In this document: positions 31,986-39,067 of the stretch, one piece after another
Numbering within the stretch: the stretch's first letter is position 1
Layout of the letters: each line of letters begins with the position of its first letter
Source: Planctomycetota bacterium
Lineage (GTDB): Bacteria; Planctomycetota; MHYJ01; WSZJ01
Direction of reading: 5' to 3'
DNA length: 43,530 nucleotides
NCBI GenBank assembly: GCA_038060895.1
Contig: JBBTCT010000040.1
Coordinates: forward strand, 1-43,530
Made by a program: the position numbers and the translations under genes
Notes under the pieces: model-generated
The model's input: the letters and a program-made list of their open reading frames with translations, nothing else
Databases searched by the model: none
What the model was told of the DNA's origin: nothing

Positions 31986-33151
31986 CAGACGACTCCGAGG
32001 CTGCTTCCGAGCTTTTCGAAAGTGGCTAGCTTCGAAAACCCGAGGAGCCGGAAAGCTTCGGTGTAGAGGGTCAGGCCTTCGAGGGTCTGGGAGACGAGGG
32101 CGCGGGCGAAGCGCTTTCCGACGCGCGCCGCCTGGGTCAGGTAGAAATCACCTCCGCTCGACTTCGGCTTCGCCAGGAGGCGGGCGAGTTCGCTCTTGTA
32201 GGCCTTCCACATCTCGGCCTCCGTCAGTCCGCCCGCATCGTGGATCCGTCGGAGGATGACCAAGCTGCTCACCTTGAAGACGCCGGCCAGCCGCGCCACT
32301 TCCGTCCAGAGGTCCGCCTTCGGGTGGTACTCCTTCTTGACCGCCGCCAGCGGAACGAGGAATTCCGCGGCGACCCGATTGCACCACCCCTCGGCGCGAT
32401 TCTGGGGAGTCGAGACGGGACGGGCATTGGACAGGGCCGTTTCTCCCAGCCAGACGTGCGCCAATTCGTGCGCCAGGGAGAACATCTGTCCCGCTTTGGT
32501 GTCGGCGCCGTTCAGGAAGACCAGGGGGGCCAGCGCATCGGCGAGGGCGAATCCCCGGAACTCCTCAGGGTCGAGTTTACGCGCGTTGTTGCTTCCCACA
32601 ACGCCGCTGACCATGACGAGGACACCGGCGTCGTCGGCGAGCTCAATGAACCGTCTCAACGCCTCGGTCCAGGTCGGCATTCTCCGACGCTCCTCAAGGT
32701 CGAAGCGAAGGACCTTCCTCATCCCGGCCGCCGTGCTTTCGACGCTGCTCGTCACCTTCGAAGAGCCCACAAAGGGTCGCGCTTCCGCCCCGATCGAGCT
32801 GCAGAACGCGCGATACCACTCCTGGCGCTGCTGGCAGATGTAGATCGTCTCGAGCAGGTCGGGCGAGGGGCGTCCGATGGGCACGTTTTCCATCGTCCGG
32901 AAATCGGGAATGGGCACCGATTCCTCAGGCGGCGTCTCCAGGAACAGGAACCCCACCGGCGTGCGCGTCGCCTTTGCGAATTCCTCAAGCTGGCGAAGCG
33001 TCGGCAGCGAGACCCCGGTCTCCCAGTCGCCCAGGTGCGGGACCCGATGCAACAGCTCCTCAGAATCCAGCCCGGACCGCTCGCGCGCCCATTGCAGGAG
33101 CTCGGGTTTGACTTCCACGCGCAGAACGGAGTTTCCCATTTCCTTCCTCAT
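31985..33151 (-). CDS. XRE-HTH plus ImmA/IrrE (DUF955) zinc metallopeptidase
   Basis: N-terminal HTH (LQWARERSG..WETG..PTLRQL), PDFRT, FSLAHELAHVWL (HExxH), E..CNRVAAEFL. Start may be 33139. Confidence 0.9.
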   Translation of the reverse strand: MRKEMGNSVLRVEVKPELLQWARERSGLDSEELLHRVPHLGDWETGVSLPTLRQLEEFAKATRTPVGFLFLETPPEESVPIPDFRTMENVPIGRPSPDLLETIYICQQRQEWYRAFCSSIGAEARPFVGSSKVTSSVESTAAGMRKVLRFDLEERRRMPTWTEALRRFIELADDAGVLVMVSGVVGSNNARKLDPEEFRGFALADALAPLVFLNGADTKAGQMFSLAHELAHVWLGETALSNARPVSTPQNRAEGWCNRVAAEFLVPLAAVKKEYHPKADLWTEVARLAGVFKVSSLVILRRIHDAGGLTEAEMWKAYKSELARLLAKPKSSGGDFYLTQAARVGKRFARALVSQTLEGLTLYTEAFRLLGFSKLATFEKLGSSLGVV

Positions 33152-33240
33152 CGACTAACCGAGGGACATTCTGAAGCGGCAGACTGCAAAGTGCAATCCG
33201 TCGGAGGGCTTCAAGGGAGCCTCTCACTCCTGCAGCGTCC

Positions 33241-34444
33241 TTAGGCCTTCAAGAGCGACCGGAAGTACGCCCCCGTCTCCCCATCCGTGTAATAAACCGC
33301 GCAGCTCTTCATCCCCCGCGTCAGCAGCGTCCGGTACGTGTTCTTGATGATAGGCTCAACCAGCTTCTGCGCCGCGACCGGGTCTTCCGCGAACTTCCCT
33401 TTGAACCCGAAGATCGACGTATCCGTGGAAGCCCGCGCCCGGCCGTCGGTGACGACGACCCCCTCCCGGACAACAAGGTCCGGCCCCACGATCACCCCGA
33501 CGTGGTCCAGCTCCAGCCCCTGGCAGGTGTGGATGCACCCGACCTCCTTCACCGACTCGGGCGCCATGATCCAGAGGCTGCCGTCCTTCTCGAGGTTCCA
33601 CCGGGCCCTGAACCCGCACCCCGGGAACTCGATGTCCATCGCCGCGCGGTCCTTCTTCTTCGACACCCAGTTCCAGCAGTACCCCGCCACCATCCGCGCC
33701 TTGTTCGCCCCCTTGTTCAGGTCGTAGATCCGGTCCCGCAGCTCCGACGCCGTGTCCATCACCCGGAAGTCAAACTCCCCCGCCCCCAGGAACGCGTTCG
33801 CGGTCTCGCGGATCTGAAGCGCGTTGTCCAACCACGGCAGGTACCCGTCCGCCCCGTTGCACCGGAACTGCGACGCCAGCGTCCCCCGGTGGATCTCCGC
33901 CCCGAGCTTCCGCGCCCACTTCTCGATCTCCCCGCGCGTCCCGATGTCCTTCAGCGTCACCCGCTGGTCCTCGTCGAGGAAGAACACCGTCACCCTCGCC
34001 CCGCGGATCAGCTCCATCACCTGGTTCTCGCCCGCGATGTACTGCGACCGCACGTTCAGCCGGTGCGCCTCGTCCGCGATCAGCATCTCGAACGCGTCCG
34101 GCTTCGTCTTCGTGAACGACGCCGAGCCCTTGAAGAGGTTCCCGATCTCCGACTTCCGGAGCGACCCCGCGAGTTTCTGTTCGTAGATCACCCGCGGCGC
34201 CTGGTTCTTCGTCACGTACATCGCCAGCCGCCGCTCGCCGGTCATCCGCGCGAGCAGGTTCACCGCCACCACCGACTTCCCCGTCACCGGCCCGCCCTCG
34301 ACGATGAAGACCTGCTTCGCCCCGCCCTCCGCCTTCTTCACCAGGCTCATGCCCGTCGTCGCCCGTCCGGATGTGCTGCTTGATGAACTCCCTTAGCCGA
34401 AGCGCATCCGCCTTCAGGAACAGCGGCGCCCGGTCCACGTGCAC
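33241..34444 (-). pseudogene. DUF2075 (Schlafen group 3-like helicase) gene, 5'-truncated and frameshifted
   Basis: ORF 33241-34350 has GGPVTGKS, DEAHRL, SQFRC, GCIHTCQGLE, YRTLLTRG; out-of-frame upstream fragment APLFLK..LREFIKQHIRTGDDG at about 34350-34444. Confidence 0.72.
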
Positions 34445-34637
34445 CTAGTAGAAGAGGCGGGTCAGCGGCTGGAACGAGGAAGAACTCAGGGTGGCGAAGC
34501 AAAGTTACATAAGTTAATATTTGCACGCATGTTAAGAAAAGTTGCAGACGGTCGATCTTGACTAGTTTCACATTTTAGTTCACCCTATTTTTCACATCTG
34601 GCTACACAAGTTGGAAAGTATGAGGTATGATCGTTTC

Positions 34638-35429
34638 ATGCCCAAAGACTACGATCCGATTGCCGCCGAGCCTCCACGGGAGGTTCCGCTTCCGAAGGCC
34701 CCGCTGATTCGGGTGATCGCTCAGATGAAGTTCCCGCTTATCGCAATGATCGAGCGAAGCGATTTTGTAGCACCCTTTCAAGAAGCGATTCGGGCCAAAT
34801 ACCCAGTCCTTCGACATGAGCCTGCCCCCAAGATCTTTGTCGGAGCTGGATCGCCGCCGGTTCAGGGACCCAGCGCTTGGAGGTTCTCGGACATCCAAGG
34901 ATCTTGGCGAGCCTCTCTCGCCGGCGACTTCCTCGCCCTTGAAACGACTCAGTACAAGAGTCGGACCGATTTCTTCGCTCGGTTCGGCGAGCTTGTCAAA
35001 GCGCTTGACCAACACGTGGGGCCTAAGCTCGTGGACCGGTTGGGAGTTCGTTACATCGACAAGATCTCCGGGCTGGCCATGCAGGGCATCGACAAGTTGG
35101 TTCGACCAGAAGTGCTTGGCATCACAGGGTCGCCCTCCTCGATTCACGCGGAGCACACACTCGCCGAGACAAAATTCACAGCGGACAAAGCCTTCATGAC
35201 AGCGAGATGGGGGTGCCTGCCCGCTGGCGCAACTCCGGATCCGTCCGCGATTGAGCCCATGAGCGACCGCAGCTGGATTCTCGATCTCGACATGTTCAGC
35301 GCGGCTCCCTCAGAGTTCTCGGTGGACACCGTGGTTGCGACTGCCACGCGGTTCGCAGAGCGGATCTATACGGTCTTCCGCTGGGCTGTTACGGATGAGT
35401 TTCTTCGCCATTTCGGAGGCAAGCCATGA
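34638..35429 (+). CDS. TIGR04255-family protein
   Basis: LPKAPLIRVIAQMKFP, WRFSD, LALETTQY, RLGVRYID, ILDLD, FRWAVTDE; start chosen 6 nt after TATGAT (alternatives 34611, 34620). Confidence 0.82.
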   Translation: MPKDYDPIAAEPPREVPLPKAPLIRVIAQMKFPLIAMIERSDFVAPFQEAIRAKYPVLRHEPAPKIFVGAGSPPVQGPSAWRFSDIQGSWRASLAGDFLALETTQYKSRTDFFARFGELVKALDQHVGPKLVDRLGVRYIDKISGLAMQGIDKLVRPEVLGITGSPSSIHAEHTLAETKFTADKAFMTARWGCLPAGATPDPSAIEPMSDRSWILDLDMFSAAPSEFSVDTVVATATRFAERIYTVFRWAVTDEFLRHFGGKP

Positions 35430-36091
35430 ATGGGATCGGCGAGGCTCGTGTCGCGGAATCGACTTCGTCAGGCGGCTCCTTCGCGCCTGTCCGTCGCATG
35501 ATCGTCGTTGGCTCGTTGCTTGCGGCGCTCGGGACTTCCTCAGGGGCCGAGCCCTTGGGCAGCGAGGAGCTGACTCCTGTGCCGGCCGAAATCCAAACGA
35601 ACTCTGGCATCAGCTCTGCCGCTCCGATGCGTCCTGGACTGGCAATCGGGAAGCTCCGTCGGCTGAGCGGGCTGACTTGGGACGAACTCGCTCGCCTCTT
35701 TGGAGTCAGTCGCCGATCGCTGCACTTCTGGGCTAGCGGCAGGGGAATGTCATCCTCCAACGACGAGCACCTGCAGAGGTCTCTCGGAATCATGCTGAGA
35801 ATTGACCGTGGCACCGCACGCGCGAACCGCTCCGCGCTCATGTCCGTACAGGGGGACGGCGTCATTCCGTTCGACGTGCTGATGAGAGGAGAGTATGAAT
35901 CGGTGGTCGCGCGCATCGGGGAGGCTGCAAACCGCGGTCGCGCGACTCTTTCTCCCCTCTCCGAGGAGGAAAAGGCCGCGCGTACTCCACGCCCCCCTGC
36001 TGACTACATTTCGGATCGCAAGGATTCTGGTTATCGCGACGCAGGACGATCTCGAATTGCGAAGAGTGTGAGGAGCCAGGGTGCCCCCTGA
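35426..36091 (+). CDS. XRE-like HTH protein with hydrophobic/low-complexity N-terminus
   Basis: LRRLSGLTWDELARLFGVSRRSLHFWASG; ATGA overlap with the upstream gene. Confidence 0.78.
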   Translation: MNGIGEARVAESTSSGGSFAPVRRMIVVGSLLAALGTSSGAEPLGSEELTPVPAEIQTNSGISSAAPMRPGLAIGKLRRLSGLTWDELARLFGVSRRSLHFWASGRGMSSSNDEHLQRSLGIMLRIDRGTARANRSALMSVQGDGVIPFDVLMRGEYESVVARIGEAANRGRATLSPLSEEEKAARTPRPPADYISDRKDSGYRDAGRSRIAKSVRSQGAP

Positions 36092-36938
36092 TCTTCCTCA
36101 CGATCCGAAGGCCGACGCGGTTAACCAGGCACTTCGTGACTGGCGTCAGGGAGACTGTGTCCTCGGAGAGACGGATTTCGTGCACCTGTTCAAATCCGAT
36201 TATCCGCTTTCTGAAGGGGAATTTGCGGGTGCCGAAGATCCATATCAGATCTTACGGACAGAAGTTCACGGCTTAGTTGTGGTCACCCAGACGTGCGATA
36301 TCCAGCGGCCCTGCAGGGAACGCCCCTTTGTTGAGGTCTGTCCCCTTGTAGAAAAGGACCCTGACGAGATCAAGGCCATCGAGAAGGCGCGTCATCCCAG
36401 ATTCGGATTCGTTCCGGGCGTCGCGGACAGACTCTTGGTTGCGCACCTTGACCGGGTAATGACGGTCGAGAAGCCTCTGGTGGCTTCGTGGACGAGGACC
36501 GCAGGTTGCACTACGGACCGAGAAATGCGCTCTTTTTCGGACTGCCTCTCAAGGAAGCGCTCGCGATTCGCTTTCCCGGATGACTTCGACGAATTCGCCA
36601 AGAGACTCCGGAACCGTCTGCAGCAGAAGCATGGAAATCAAACACCTGAGGGGGAGGCGCTACGGGCGCTTCGCGAGATTCGTGTTCGCGCAGCTCCTTC
36701 CTGGAAGGCCGAGTCCGTATCGATCACGCTGTTTTTCGTGCCTATGGAAGAAGCCGACGATTTTCAGGGGAAGAGCTGGGCGAGCTTCGTCGACGGCTGG
36801 ATGAAGCTCGTTCCCCCAAGCGGGCGGTTCACCAACGTTGCCGGCCTTGTTCAGTACATGGAAGACCTGTCCGCTCTGGACTACGTGGAGAGTGACCGTC
36901 TAGACCTCGACCACTTGTCATCCGTGGACGAGGAGTGA
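36081..36938 (+). CDS. Conserved-looking hypothetical protein (WRQGD / VVTQTCD / RFAFPD motifs)
   Basis: 285 aa; start overlaps the HTH gene by 11 nt; RBS gaggag. Confidence 0.75.
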   Translation: MPPDLPHDPKADAVNQALRDWRQGDCVLGETDFVHLFKSDYPLSEGEFAGAEDPYQILRTEVHGLVVVTQTCDIQRPCRERPFVEVCPLVEKDPDEIKAIEKARHPRFGFVPGVADRLLVAHLDRVMTVEKPLVASWTRTAGCTTDREMRSFSDCLSRKRSRFAFPDDFDEFAKRLRNRLQQKHGNQTPEGEALRALREIRVRAAPSWKAESVSITLFFVPMEEADDFQGKSWASFVDGWMKLVPPSGRFTNVAGLVQYMEDLSALDYVESDRLDLDHLSSVDEE

Positions 36939-37011
36939 TCCTGCAGAAGGGCATGCAGTGATTGCTCAGGGGGCTTCCGCTGGGTAGCGGCAAATCTGTA
37001 GCATCACCCCT

Positions 37012-37752
37012 GTGGAGCGAATCAACCCTCGAAGTCTCGCGGATTCGACCTCCCCCCCGCACTCTGCGGTCCGAGCGCGCCATGGGTCCGAAGGTCATCG
37101 CGCCCGCTTGCGGGACCGCCTCGACCGCGCCGGCCTCGACGCCCTAGCCGACTACGAGATCCTCGAGTTCCTCCTGGGCCTCGCCATCCGCGGCCGCGAC
37201 GTCAAGCCTCTCGCCCGCGCCCTCCTCAAGGCCTTCGGCGGCAGCCTCGGCCGCCTCCTCGACGCCCCGCGCGCCGACATCCTCGCCGTCCCCGGCGCCG
37301 GCCCCGCCGTCGCCGACGCCCTTCTCGCCGCCCGCACCGCCTCCGTCGCCGCCCTCCGCGACCGCGCCGCCCGCACTGACGCCCTCTCCAACCCCCGCCT
37401 CGTCGCCGACTACTGCCGCACCCGCTTCGCCGGCGAACCCCAGGAAGTCGTCGCCGCCCTCCTCCTCGATTCCCGCAATCGAGTCATGGAGACTCGAGTC
37501 TTGAGTCGTGGGACGGTGGATCGGGCGGCGCTGTTTTCGAGAGAAGTGGCCAAAGCTGCCCTGGAGAAGGCGGCGGCGGCAGTGATGGTTGTGCACAATC
37601 ATCCGAGCGGCGAAACGGAACCTTCCGCGGAAGATCGGCGCGTAACTCTAGAAGTGTCCCGGGCCCTGGCCACGGTGGGTGTGCGTTTTGTTGATCATCT
37701 GGTTGTCGGTCGCGAGGGCGTTTTCAGTTTCCGCGAGGAAGGGCAGCTCTAG
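37012..37752 (+). CDS. radC: RadC (JAB/MPN domain) protein
   Basis: GHRARLR, YEILEFLL, HhH VPGAG, E..LLLD, HNHPSG..PSAED, DHLVV. Confidence 0.92.
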   Translation: MERINPRSLADSTSPPHSAVRARHGSEGHRARLRDRLDRAGLDALADYEILEFLLGLAIRGRDVKPLARALLKAFGGSLGRLLDAPRADILAVPGAGPAVADALLAARTASVAALRDRAARTDALSNPRLVADYCRTRFAGEPQEVVAALLLDSRNRVMETRVLSRGTVDRAALFSREVAKAALEKAAAAVMVVHNHPSGETEPSAEDRRVTLEVSRALATVGVRFVDHLVVGREGVFSFREEGQL

Positions 37753-37756
37753 TCAA

Positions 37757-39067
37757 TCAAGAGTTGACCGTGCCGAGAATCGTCGCGAGCCAAGGCACCG
37801 AAAGGCCGCGCATCATCTTGAACTCGTCCGATTCCAGATCCAGACACACTACGCTGAGAAGAGGCTGAGAGTCGCCCACGCGCGGCAACTCGAAAGCAGT
37901 TTCCTTGGATCCCCTTAGGCCTGGATGCCATGGATAGATCAAAGCCAGGTGCTTGCACTTGAGGGCCGCACCGTAGGCGTGCAGTTGATAAACGTCTGCT
38001 GTGTTCGGCACAATGTGCCCCGAGCCCCGTATCTCCAGGCGCTTCCACTTCGTATCAGCGACAAGAACAATCTCGTCGTTTCGCCGCAGGATCAGATCGG
38101 GTCTCAAGTCGAATTCCCTCCTGCCACCGCCCCTAACCAACGTGGCTAGGTGAGCTGTTGTCTCTTGGGAATGAACCTGCACGTCAGAGTGCCGGCTGGC
38201 CTCACGACGACAGTGCTCCGCAACCGCGGATTGAAACAGCAGGTTTATGTCGAATAGAAGTGCCGGTGAAGTGTCCTTACCGGCGCGCAGCTTCGGGGAG
38301 AGTAGAGCGAGAATCCAGCGAACCCAGTCCACGACCGTCCGGTATCGGACGGCGTGCCTGTCGAAGACCAGGCCGTCCAGATCGCGCGCTCCGACCTGGG
38401 AGTCGTCAACTTCCTCGAACACCGCGGCAAGCTCTACCCACCGACGGCTGAGCTCAGCGCGCCGAATCCATGGCCTCACAGCGTGCAACGCCGCCTTGAC
38501 CAGGCGGTTCCACACGTTGTCAGGTGTCAGCTCGTCGAATCGGCAGGCGATTCGGTCAGGCCGATTGGAGTGGATTGCGAACTGCCGGGCCGAGAGGATC
38601 CTGCCTCGGATGACCGCGAGATCCTCCTCGTGCTCCCGATACTGACGCAGGAGTCCACCCCGTACGACCTGCGTGGTGGCGTCGAAAAATGCCGAGATGA
38701 ACACCTCAATCAGGGGAGCGTGTCGAAGCTGTTGTCCAACCGGAAGGTGCCGGAAGATCGGGAACTCAGAGGTCTTGCGAAGTAGGCGAAGCAGCAAGCC
38801 ACGGCAGCTGTCAGGAGTCGACAAAGAGTCGATTTTCGGCAGGATCTCGAGAACTCGGTGTCCGGTAGTCACGAGCCCGCAGTAATGAGCCAGCTTGACG
38901 GAGCGGTGGCTTCGTTCGCAAAACCCGGGACGCATTCCGGCGAGGCGCTCGAGATTCTCCGCCTCCGCAAACGAAAGTGCCTCCGCGGATTCGAGTTCCT
39001 GAACCGGGATTGGCTGGTGCTCGACGGCGGTGAGGTAACGCGGTGGCAGGGGCGTTGCTCCTCTCAA
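37757..39067 (-). CDS. mcrC: McrC-family restriction endonuclease subunit
   Basis: LEILPKI, DNVWNRLVK, LFD..LLF, PD..DTKWK nuclease motif, ADVYQLHAYG, LIYP. Confidence 0.9.
   Translation of the reverse strand: MRGATPLPPRYLTAVEHQPIPVQELESAEALSFAEAENLERLAGMRPGFCERSHRSVKLAHYCGLVTTGHRVLEILPKIDSLSTPDSCRGLLLRLLRKTSEFPIFRHLPVGQQLRHAPLIEVFISAFFDATTQVVRGGLLRQYREHEEDLAVIRGRILSARQFAIHSNRPDRIACRFDELTPDNVWNRLVKAALHAVRPWIRRAELSRRWVELAAVFEEVDDSQVGARDLDGLVFDRHAVRYRTVVDWVRWILALLSPKLRAGKDTSPALLFDINLLFQSAVAEHCRREASRHSDVQVHSQETTAHLATLVRGGGRREFDLRPDLILRRNDEIVLVADTKWKRLEIRGSGHIVPNTADVYQLHAYGAALKCKHLALIYPWHPGLRGSKETAFELPRVGDSQPLLSVVCLDLESDEFKMMRGLSVPWLATILGTVNS

Noticed and set aside
34347-34571. 74-aa minus-strand ORF upstream of the DUF2075 gene
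   Set aside because: It straddles the composition junction and overlaps the frameshifted DUF2075 fragment in another frame; no coding signal.
34445-36960. IS/transposon ends or target-site duplication around the trio
   Set aside because: No terminal inverted repeats, direct repeats or transposase could be identified by eye.
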